Virus record (IMG/VR): IMGVR_UViG_3300030104_005063
Span: 1-64,000 of that record
Direction: 5' to 3' (one strand)
DNA length: 64,000 nt
From: a virus
In this document: piece after piece, positions 1 through 8,000 of the stretch
Position numbering within the stretch: position 1 is the first letter of the stretch
Layout: each line of letters begins with the position of its first letter
Made by a program: the position numbers and the translations under genes
Notes under the pieces: generated by a model
The model's database searches: none
What the model was told of the DNA's origin: nothing
What the model saw: the letters and a program-made list of their open reading frames with translations, nothing else

Positions 1-2
1 TG

Positions 3-614
3 AGTTTAAAATTAGAAGAGTTAGTAGGAAAGGTTCTCACAGAAGAACAATTTGATGAAGCTGCAGGTAAGAAGGATGCTTGTTACCACAAGGTAAAGGC
101 TCGTTACGATGTATGGCCATCTGCTTATGCTAGTGGTGCTTTGGTAAAGTGTCGTAAAGTTGGTGCAAAAAATTGGGGTAACAAGAGTAAAAAGAAAGAA
201 GGTGTTAATGAAGCTAGAGGAACTTGTTGGGTAGGATATCAACAAGTCGGTATGAAAAAGAAAGGCGATAAGATGGTGCCTAATTGTGTGAAAGAAATAT
301 ACTACGAAGAAAATGGTAAGGGTTATGGTTATACATTTGAATTTGGAGCTATTGAAGAGGCTGAATATCAAGGTCGTAAGGTAAAACTCAACAAGATTAT
401 GCAAGGTGACAAAAAGAAATTTAAAGTATATGTAAAAAATCCAAAGGGTAATGTCGTAAAGGTAAACTTCGGACAAGGTGGTGATGCCAAAGGTGGGACA
501 ATGAGAATCAGAAAATCTAATCCTGAGGCTCGTAAATCATTTAGGGCAAGGCACAATTGTGATAATCCAGGACCTAAACATAAAGCTCGTTATTGGAGTT
601 GTAGAAAGTGGTAA
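3..614 (+). CDS. Modular basic virion/internal-head-like protein (5' end probably at or just before the window edge)
   Basis: The frame is open from position 3 (SLKLEELVGKVLTEEQFDEAAGKKDACYHKVKARYDVWPSAYASGALVKCRKVGAKNWGNK...), upstream of the 141 start in the ORF track. Three small Cys/Trp/Lys-rich modules resemble those of T4-like marine phages and are separated by xxE-A junctions. Confidence 0.6.
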   Translation, partial: SLKLEELVGKVLTEEQFDEAAGKKDACYHKVKARYDVWPSAYASGALVKCRKVGAKNWGNKSKKKEGVNEARGTCWVGYQQVGMKKKGDKMVPNCVKEIYYEENGKGYGYTFEFGAIEEAEYQGRKVKLNKIMQGDKKKFKVYVKNPKGNVVKVNFGQGGDAKGGTMRIRKSNPEARKSFRARHNCDNPGPKHKARYWSCRKW

Positions 615-618
615 AATT

Positions 619-951
619 ATGGCTGTTCAACTACTAGATAAAACTCTTGTGATGAAACCTCGTAGGTCACATCATGTAAAACCTGTTAGGGTAGAAGAAG
701 TGGTTGATGAGACTATTGAGAATGTATATGGAGAACCAAAAGCCGATAGGTTCGATGAAATAATAGACTTACTGAAACAAGGTAATATTCATGGAGAGAA
801 GGAGAACATAACTTTAGGAGTGGTTGATGTTCCTATTGAGAAACAAATATCAATAGATAAAGTTTCAACTAAAGGATTAAAATCTGAAGAGTACGCTAAC
901 AACACAGAAAGTAAGTTAGATAAACTAAGGAAACTACGCCGTGGCAATTAA
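619..951 (+). CDS. Hypothetical protein
   Basis: ATG at 619 directly after the upstream stop (MAVQLLDK...); overlaps the next start. Confidence 0.6.
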   Translation: MAVQLLDKTLVMKPRRSHHVKPVRVEEVVDETIENVYGEPKADRFDEIIDLLKQGNIHGEKENITLGVVDVPIEKQISIDKVSTKGLKSEEYANNTESKLDKLRKLRRGN

Positions 952-1783
952 ACCAATAACAAATGATAATGCTAATTATGAGTCTAATGTAAATCGTGAG
1001 TCACAAACAAGCATTAGAAGTGAGAAAGGTAATCCTAAAGTAGTTATCAAAAAACCAGGTGGTCAAAATGCTGGTAAGGGATTCTCTATTGGTGTAAAAG
1101 AAATTGATACGGCAGTTATCAAACACATCCGAAACATAATGAAACCAAAGATAAAGGAGCAAAATGAGATTATTTCTGTGCCCGTTCTTTATGGTAATGA
1201 AGAAAGATGGAAGTCTATAAAAGATAGAGGAACACTAAGAGATAAAAACGGCGTGATAATTTTACCGATAATCGTAATTAAAAGAACATCTTTGGCGATG
1301 AATGACCAATTACCATTTTCATTTGATAACGATGTAAAAGGTAAGTTCATAAATGTTGTTCGTTCAAGTAGTGGTTGGAGTAAAAACAATAGGTATGATA
1401 GGTTTGCTGTTTTGACAGGTCAACAACCTGTACAAGAGTTTGTAAAGACAGGCATGCCTGATTTTGTGATTTGTAGTTATAGTGTAGTTATGATGACATC
1501 TTTTATAGAACAGATGAACGACCTAAATAATCTTTGGATAGAACACTTAGAAACTTATTTTGGTGACCAAACTAGTTATCGTTTTCTATCATCTCTTTCT
1601 GGTGATATATCAAATGAAGTAGAAATGGAATCACAAGGTGAGAGAATGATACGAAATGAATTAACTATTGAGATAAAAGGATATATGATACCTGAGTTTA
1701 CCGATACGGTATTTGGTAAAACTGCTGAATTGAGTAGAGCTTATACACCAAAAAAAGTCAGTTTTTCTGAAAAACTTTTATAA
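941..1783 (+). CDS. Tail terminator / sheath stabilizer (T4 gp15-like)
   Basis: VPVLYGNEERW...LPIIVIKRTS pattern typical of gp15-like proteins; lies upstream of the sheath gene. Confidence 0.6.
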   Translation: MAIKPITNDNANYESNVNRESQTSIRSEKGNPKVVIKKPGGQNAGKGFSIGVKEIDTAVIKHIRNIMKPKIKEQNEIISVPVLYGNEERWKSIKDRGTLRDKNGVIILPIIVIKRTSLAMNDQLPFSFDNDVKGKFINVVRSSSGWSKNNRYDRFAVLTGQQPVQEFVKTGMPDFVICSYSVVMMTSFIEQMNDLNNLWIEHLETYFGDQTSYRFLSSLSGDISNEVEMESQGERMIRNELTIEIKGYMIPEFTDTVFGKTAELSRAYTPKKVSFSEKLL

Positions 1784-1830
1784 TTATATATGTATATAAT
1801 TGTTATAACAAAATAAACAAGAGGTTTTAA

Positions 1831-2130
1831 ATGTCAGAAATTAAATTTACAGATGATGAACTAAAATCAATTCAAGAAATTAGTAATAAGAATAATGCGA
1901 TTACTAATCGTTTTGGTCAATTAGCAATTGCTAAAATTAATTTAGAAAAACAATCTGAACAAGTAGAAGAAGAAGAGTTTAAACTTCATGAAGAGTTAGA
2001 AGCCCTTAGAAAAGAAGAACAAGAAACTCTTAATAGTATCACAGAGAAGTATGGTCCTGGTACTTTAGATCCTACAACAGGTGTTTATACACCAACAACT
2101 GAAATTCAAACACCAGAATCGGAAAAATAG
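1831..2130 (+). CDS. Hypothetical coiled-coil protein
   Basis: GAGG SD; Glu/Lys-rich helical sequence ending in a KYGPGTLDPTTG motif. Confidence 0.7.
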   Translation: MSEIKFTDDELKSIQEISNKNNAITNRFGQLAIAKINLEKQSEQVEEEEFKLHEELEALRKEEQETLNSITEKYGPGTLDPTTGVYTPTTEIQTPESEK

Positions 2131-2162
2131 AATAACTTTTTCAGTCTTTCAAAAAATCAGTA

Positions 2163-2170
2163 ATATTTAT
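2163..2170 (+). promoter_or_regulatory. ATATTTAT late-type promoter motif upstream of sheath
   Basis: The same octamer is found in intergenic gaps at 4137, 5843, 17403, 22838, 35786 and 52980, with a CTATTTAT variant at 63702. Confidence 0.6.
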
Positions 2171-2216
2171 ATATGAATAATTATATTTAAATCTTACCTA
2201 AATTTGGAGACAGCAA

Positions 2217-4121
2217 ATGGCTGAAAAAATTGTATCACCAGGTGTATTTACAAATGAAATAGACCAATCATTTTTACCTGCAACTGCCGGTCCAATTGGA
2301 GCAGCTGTTGTCGGTCCAACAGTAAAAGGTCCTGTATTAGAACCAACGGTTGTAACTTCTTACAGTGAGTTTGTCAATATTTTCGGAGAGTTAGTAGAAA
2401 GTGGTAGTGACAAATATCAGTTTTTAACATCACACACCGCTAAAGAATATTTAAGACAAGGTGGTCCTTTAACAGTTGTTAGGGTTGCTGAACCAGAAGG
2501 TAACACAGCAAAAGCTACTGCACAAATTAATAGTGGTTCAACTTCAAATGAGTTATTTACACTTGAAGCTTTAGGTGACGGACCTCAATTTAATAATTTT
2601 GTAGGAACAGGTTCAAATTTTGGAACTAACGGCACACTACCAGTAAGAACTCACTCTGTTTCTAACAATCAACTTTTGTCTGGTAGTTATGGGGGAAGAG
2701 CTGATAATTTTAGATTTGAAATATCATCTAGGAATCTTGCTAAAGGTACTTTTACTTTAGTACTTCGTCAAGGTAATGATTCAAATAATAAAAAAGTAAT
2801 TATTGAAACTCATGAAAATTTATCACTTGATCCAGCATCTACAGATTATATTTTAAAAAGAATAGGAAATCAAACATCAACTGTTGTTGTTGAAGATGGA
2901 CTTGCTTATGTTAGACCAAGTGGAGAGTATCCAAATCGTTCAAATTTTGTTCGTGTCAGTAGTCTTCCAGATAACAGAAAGACACCAAATTATTTAGATG
3001 AAAATGGTGATGTAACTTCTGCATATTCTTCTAACTCGGGCTCTTTCTTTCCATTACTTGGTAGTGGAAGTTATGGTGGTGCTTTTGGAGCTGGTACAGA
3101 TATAGCTGGTAATGCTCTAGTGGGTACACAGACCGGACAAACTGCCGGTTCAAATGGTGACCAAAATCAACAACACCCATTTGGTTTTTACGAGAATATT
3201 TCTGCGACAAATAGTCAAGGTATTGATATGGCTACTTCTGCTGCAAGACCATCTGGTACAACACCAAATGGTGGATATGCTACGGCTTTAAGTATCTTAT
3301 CTAACAAAGACGAGTACGATATAAACTTACTTTTCCTACCTGGTGTAATTGACCAATTGGCAAATCACTCTGCTATTATAGGACAAGCTATTGAAGTGTG
3401 TGAGGATAGAGGTGACTGTTTCTTAGTATATGACAATACCGCTTTGACCTCTAATGTGGCTACTGCAAAAGCAAACACAGAAGCTCGTAATTCTAGTTAT
3501 GCTGCTGTCTACTATCCTTGGATACAAATTCAAGATGCTACTGCTGTAGTAAATAGATATGTACCACCATCAGTTGTTATTGCTGGTGTTTATCACTTCA
3601 ATGATACTGTAGGACAACCTTGGTTTGCTCCTGCTGGTTTAAATAGAGGTGGGATAGATAGTGCCGTACAGGCATATAGAAAATTAACACAAAGTAATAG
3701 AGATGACCTTTATGAATCAAATGTCAATCCTATTGCTACCTTTCCTGGTCAAGGTGTTACTGTCTTTGGACAGAAAACAACACAGAAGAAAGCTTCTGCT
3801 CTTGACCGAGTAAATGTAAGAAGATTATTAATCAATCTTAAGAAGTTCGTTGCTAACTCTTCAAGAACTCTTGTTTTTGAACAAAATACAAGTGATTTAC
3901 GAAATCAGTTCTTGAATGTGGTGAACCCATATATGGAACAAGTACAGGCAAATCAAGGTCTGAATGCTTTCAGAGTGGTAATGGATGATTCTAATAATAC
4001 ACCAGAGACTATAGACAGAAATCAGTTGATTGGTCAGATATTTATTCAACCAGCCAGAACTGCTGAATTCATTGTATTAGACTTTGTTGTTCAACCAACC
4101 GGAGCTGCTTTTCCTGAGTAA
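2217..4121 (+). CDS. Contractile tail sheath protein (gp18-like)
   Basis: N-terminal SPGVFTNEIDQS...GPTVKGP; C-terminal YYPW, PPS, PWFAPAG.NRG, NVNPI, LDRVNVRRL and IQPARTAEFI sheath motifs. Confidence 0.95.
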   Translation: MAEKIVSPGVFTNEIDQSFLPATAGPIGAAVVGPTVKGPVLEPTVVTSYSEFVNIFGELVESGSDKYQFLTSHTAKEYLRQGGPLTVVRVAEPEGNTAKATAQINSGSTSNELFTLEALGDGPQFNNFVGTGSNFGTNGTLPVRTHSVSNNQLLSGSYGGRADNFRFEISSRNLAKGTFTLVLRQGNDSNNKKVIIETHENLSLDPASTDYILKRIGNQTSTVVVEDGLAYVRPSGEYPNRSNFVRVSSLPDNRKTPNYLDENGDVTSAYSSNSGSFFPLLGSGSYGGAFGAGTDIAGNALVGTQTGQTAGSNGDQNQQHPFGFYENISATNSQGIDMATSAARPSGTTPNGGYATALSILSNKDEYDINLLFLPGVIDQLANHSAIIGQAIEVCEDRGDCFLVYDNTALTSNVATAKANTEARNSSYAAVYYPWIQIQDATAVVNRYVPPSVVIAGVYHFNDTVGQPWFAPAGLNRGGIDSAVQAYRKLTQSNRDDLYESNVNPIATFPGQGVTVFGQKTTQKKASALDRVNVRRLLINLKKFVANSSRTLVFEQNTSDLRNQFLNVVNPYMEQVQANQGLNAFRVVMDDSNNTPETIDRNQLIGQIFIQPARTAEFIVLDFVVQPTGAAFPE

Positions 4122-4136
4122 TTTTTAGGAAAAGAG

Positions 4137-4144
4137 ATATTTAT
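4137..4144 (+). promoter_or_regulatory. ATATTTAT late-type promoter motif upstream of tail tube
   Basis: Recurrent intergenic octamer followed by an AGGAG SD. Confidence 0.55.
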
Positions 4145-4163
4145 TACTAATAGGAGATAAATA

Positions 4164-4652
4164 ATGGCCGAATTACTAGAAGCGAATAAGATATTTTATA
4201 CACCATATGAACCTAAGTTAAAAAATAGGTTTATTATGGAAATATCGGGTATTCCAGCCTTTACAATCAAAACAGCACAAAGACCACAAATAACTTTTGA
4301 TGAAGTTGTTTTGGAACACATGAATATTACAAGGTATGTAAAGGGTAAAGGTAGATGGCAAACTCTACAAATTACATTATACGATCCTATTGTTCCATCT
4401 GCAGCTTCTGCTGTTATAGAATGGATAAGATTACACCACGAAAGTGCTACTGGTCGTGATGGATACGCAGATTTTTATAAAAAGAACATCACTTTTCAAG
4501 TATTAGGACCTGTAGGAGATATAATTGAGAAATGGACATTGAACGGTGCTTATATCTCAGACGCTGCTTTTGGTGATTTAGATTTTAGTGATTCCAATCC
4601 TGTTGAAATCACATTAACCTTAAGATACGACTACGCTATATTGGAGTTCTAA
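4164..4652 (+). CDS. Tail tube protein (gp19-like)
   Basis: Follows the sheath; NRF, W..L.ITLYD, YKKNITFQVLGPVGDIIEKWTL.GA and ITLTLRYD motifs; 162 aa. Confidence 0.9.
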   Translation: MAELLEANKIFYTPYEPKLKNRFIMEISGIPAFTIKTAQRPQITFDEVVLEHMNITRYVKGKGRWQTLQITLYDPIVPSAASAVIEWIRLHHESATGRDGYADFYKKNITFQVLGPVGDIIEKWTLNGAYISDAAFGDLDFSDSNPVEITLTLRYDYAILEF

Positions 4653-4846
4653 TGAAAAACATACTTAAATTAATACTTTCTGCTTTTATTCTTTTCGGTG
4701 CTGTACCAACAGTAAATGCTATGGACATGAACATGGCTGGTATGGAAGAAATTAAAAAGAAGAAAAAGAAGAAAGGTAAGAAGATTGGTAAAAAAGGAAA
4801 GAAATCTAAGAAAGGTTTCTTTTCAAAAATCTTCGGTTCAAAGTAG
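4652..4846 (+). CDS. Small secreted/membrane-anchored polycationic peptide
   Basis: Signal-peptide-like N-terminus (MKNILKLILSAFILFGAVPTVNA) followed by a Lys-rich tail; translationally coupled to the tube gene (TAATG). Confidence 0.6.
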   Translation: MKNILKLILSAFILFGAVPTVNAMDMNMAGMEEIKKKKKKKGKKIGKKGKKSKKGFFSKIFGSK

Positions 4847-4876
4847 TAAATAGTTACATAACACTAAGGAGTTATA

Positions 4877-5629
4877 ATGTCAGAACATAAGTTCCCTACG
4901 GAAGTTATTGATTTACCGTCTGGTGGAAAAGTATATTCAAAAGACTCACCACTTGCTGATGGTAAAATCGAATTAAAATATATGACCACAAAAGAAGAAG
5001 ACATTCTCATGTCTGAAAACCTTATAAAAAAAGGTGTGGTTATTGATAAATTATTAGATAGTCTTATCGTTACCAAAGGTGTCAAACAAGAACATTTGGT
5101 TTTAGGTGATAAGAATGCTGTATTGGTTGCTGCTCGTATTCTTGCTTATGGTCCCGAATATACTGCAGAAGTAACTAATCCAAAAAATATTGAACAAACA
5201 GTAGAACATACCTTTGACCTTACTGAATGTCCGTTCAAAGAAGCAGTCGATGGAGTAGATTATAGTGGTAATTCCTTTGACTTTGAAACACCAATTGGAA
5301 AAAACAAAATAAAGTTTAAATTACTCACAGGTGTTGAAGAAAAATTAATTGAAAAAGATTTAGACCAATCAAAAAAATATGGTTATAATACTGAAATATC
5401 AACACGACTTCGTTACACTATCATCGAAGTTGATGGTGATAATAAACCAGAAACAATAACTGCCTTTTCACAAAATATGTTGGCTCGTGACTCTGTGGCA
5501 TTGAGAAATTACATTCAAGAAATTTCTCCCGATATTGATTTGACATCGGAAATTGAGATAGGAGGTGAAGCTGTGAGTGTGTCAATTCCACTTACAGTTG
5601 AGTTTTTTTGGCCTAAGTCCATCCAATAA
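4877..5629 (+). CDS. Baseplate hub / tail assembly chaperone (T4 gp26-like)
   Basis: IDLPSGG, MTTKEEDIL, GDKNAVLVAARILAYG motifs and a C-terminal FFWP; lies between tube and tape measure. Confidence 0.75.
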   Translation: MSEHKFPTEVIDLPSGGKVYSKDSPLADGKIELKYMTTKEEDILMSENLIKKGVVIDKLLDSLIVTKGVKQEHLVLGDKNAVLVAARILAYGPEYTAEVTNPKNIEQTVEHTFDLTECPFKEAVDGVDYSGNSFDFETPIGKNKIKFKLLTGVEEKLIEKDLDQSKKYGYNTEISTRLRYTIIEVDGDNKPETITAFSQNMLARDSVALRNYIQEISPDIDLTSEIEIGGEAVSVSIPLTVEFFWPKSIQ

Positions 5630-5831
5630 ATTAGACATACATCAATCTATTTTTTATTTTATATATGGGACACCTGGATTTACATTTAGTGATGTCTATA
5701 ATATGCCTGTTCATTTAAAAAACTTTTATCTACGAGAGTTTATGGATTTTAAAAAGAAAGAAAAAGAGCAAATAGATAACGCACAACCAAAACAACAGTC
5801 AACAATCCCTCGTAGATTTTCCCCTAAATAA
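5604..5831 (+). CDS. Chaperone C-terminal extension (gp51/gpT-like), probably made by frameshifting from the upstream ORF
   Basis: Overlapping +1 frame entered at the T7 run 5603-5609; GFTFSDVYNMP..L..FY motif; no SD-associated start upstream of that motif. Confidence 0.6.
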   Translation, partial: FFGLSPSNKLDIHQSIFYFIYGTPGFTFSDVYNMPVHLKNFYLREFMDFKKKEKEQIDNAQPKQQSTIPRRFSPK

Positions 5832-5842
5832 CTCTTTTCTTT

Positions 5843-5850
5843 ATATTTAT
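5843..5850 (+). promoter_or_regulatory. ATATTTAT late-type promoter motif
   Basis: Recurrent intergenic octamer followed by an AGGAG SD. Confidence 0.55.
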
Positions 5851-5874
5851 TAATGTATATAGGAGAACTGTATC

Positions 5875-6096
5875 ATGTCGTTTATGAGTAATAAAGCAAT
5901 ATTGAAAGAAGGTATAATTGATTCAATTGTAAAAAAACTTTTTTTAAATAGAGCATTGAAAAAAGATAAAGGGTTTCAAAAACAAGTCAAAAAATTAAAT
6001 AAGGCTCTATCTGATTTTGAGAAAGCAGCTAATGCTGAAATGAAACTTATGGATCCAAACGCAAAACCAATAAAAGTAGACAAGTATAAAATTTAG
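5875..6096 (+). CDS. Small basic hypothetical protein
   Basis: AGGAG SD; 73 aa, Lys-rich. Confidence 0.7.
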   Translation: MSFMSNKAILKEGIIDSIVKKLFLNRALKKDKGFQKQVKKLNKALSDFEKAANAEMKLMDPNAKPIKVDKYKI

Positions 6097-6098
6097 AT

Positions 6099-8000
6099 AT
6101 GGCTGAAGATCCAAAAAAATTAGCAGAAGCTCAAAGAATTGCCAATAAGGCGATGGAAGAGGGTGTTGGAATTCAAAGGAATTTTGGTGAACTTTTAAAT
6201 CAAAACATTAAGACTTCTGGTAAACTTAATAGTATCATAAAAAACCGTCTTGAGACTATGAAGGCTATTGATGGTAGTCTTAAAGACCAATCTAAAAGTA
6301 TACTCGATAGCACCAAGTTAGAATCTCAATTACAATCTATATCTAAAAAACTTGCCGATAGTCGTAATAAAAGTGGTCAATTTCAAAAAGGTTATAATAA
6401 TCTTACTATAGCTGCTCTAAAAACTGATAAAGAGGGATTAAAAGCTGGTATAGAAAGAGTAAAGGCAATGAAAGAACTCAACGATGTTACAGGAGGGTTA
6501 GTTGAAAAAGCAGAAAATTTTGTAAAGGCAATTAGTGTTGGTGCAATATTTGCATCTTTAGTTGCAGCAGCAAAAAAGTTTGGTGCAACATTAGATACTA
6601 TCGGTCAACAATTTGGAAGTTTAGATGTTTTAGGAAAACCTGTCACCGATAATTTATTAAATTCACAGATAGAAGCTATTAAACTTGGTGGAAGTATACA
6701 AGATGTAGCCAGCATAACAAATACATTAGCATCAAACTTTGGAATGTCTTTAGAAGAGGCCAGTAAACTATCTGGTAAGGTTTTTGATACGAGTAAAGCT
6801 TTAGGATTATCTGCCGATGAAAGTGCAAATTTATTTGGTGCTCTAACACAAGTTGCTAATTTATCGGCTGAACAAGCTGAGTCACTTGCTGAAGGAGCTT
6901 TTCAATTAGCCAGACAAAGAGGAGTTGCTCCATCTGCTGTTCTTAGAGATATAAGTGGTTCAGCTGAAGAAATTGCTTTGTTTACAAAAGGTGGTGGTGA
7001 CAACATAGCAGAGGCAGCCGTTCAAGCAAGAAGTTTGGGGATGTCATTATCACAGACCGCGAAAATTGCTGAAGGATTATTAGATTTTGAAAGTTCTATA
7101 ACGAAAGAGGTTGAAGCTTCTGTATTAATAGGTAGACAAATTAATCTTCAGAAGGCAAGAGAGGCTGCCCTTAGTGGTGATATTGCCGGTGCCATGGAAG
7201 AGGTTGTAAAACAAGTTGGTTCGGAACAAGACTTTTTAAATTTAAATCTTATACAAAGAAAAGCTCTTGCTGACTCCATTGGGGTTTCAGTAAACGAGAT
7301 GGCAAAGTTAGTTGGACAAAGTGACAAACTATCCCTAAGTGGTGCTATGGCAGCTGGTAGTTTTGAAGATTTATTGGGTGAGGAAGGTATATCAACCATA
7401 AGTCAATTAACAAATACTATAAAGTCATTAGGTGCTTCACTAGTGAATAGTTTAGGTCCTGCTTTGATGGCAGTAACATCAGTTTTATTACCTTTCGTAA
7501 ATATGGCGGGTAGTTTAGTTAAAACTTTAAGTGAAATGGGAGCAATACTACCTATTGTTGCTGCTGGTCTTGCTTATATGGCTACTCAATCAGCAATTGG
7601 AACGGCAAAATCTATTAGGAATGCATACGCTAAAATGGCTGAGAATTCTTTTAAACTACCATTTCCAGCAAGTTTAGCAGCTGGTATTGCAGGTGCTGCA
7701 GCTATTGCTGCAATTGTTGCTCAATCAAGAAATGTAGATGACTTCACATCTAGTCCTGGTGGTATCACAACAATGATGGGACCTGCTGGTGTATTTAGTT
7801 TGAACCCAAGAGACTCTGTATTGGCAACAACCAATCCAATACCTGTAAATGATTTAAGGTCTTTTCCAGCAAGCACACAACAAGTTGCTACTAATGGTGG
7901 TGGAGAATATGTGCTCCGAGCTGAAGGAAATGACTTAGTAGCAAGAATTGCTTTAGGTGCGAATTTTGGTGGTGGTAGTCCTAGTGAGGGTATGGCATAA
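6099..8000 (+). CDS. Tail tape measure protein
   Basis: Long Ala/Gly/Leu-rich helical protein with hydrophobic C-terminal segments, downstream of tube and chaperones. Confidence 0.8.
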   Translation: MAEDPKKLAEAQRIANKAMEEGVGIQRNFGELLNQNIKTSGKLNSIIKNRLETMKAIDGSLKDQSKSILDSTKLESQLQSISKKLADSRNKSGQFQKGYNNLTIAALKTDKEGLKAGIERVKAMKELNDVTGGLVEKAENFVKAISVGAIFASLVAAAKKFGATLDTIGQQFGSLDVLGKPVTDNLLNSQIEAIKLGGSIQDVASITNTLASNFGMSLEEASKLSGKVFDTSKALGLSADESANLFGALTQVANLSAEQAESLAEGAFQLARQRGVAPSAVLRDISGSAEEIALFTKGGGDNIAEAAVQARSLGMSLSQTAKIAEGLLDFESSITKEVEASVLIGRQINLQKAREAALSGDIAGAMEEVVKQVGSEQDFLNLNLIQRKALADSIGVSVNEMAKLVGQSDKLSLSGAMAAGSFEDLLGEEGISTISQLTNTIKSLGASLVNSLGPALMAVTSVLLPFVNMAGSLVKTLSEMGAILPIVAAGLAYMATQSAIGTAKSIRNAYAKMAENSFKLPFPASLAAGIAGAAAIAAIVAQSRNVDDFTSSPGGITTMMGPAGVFSLNPRDSVLATTNPIPVNDLRSFPASTQQVATNGGGEYVLRAEGNDLVARIALGANFGGGSPSEGMA

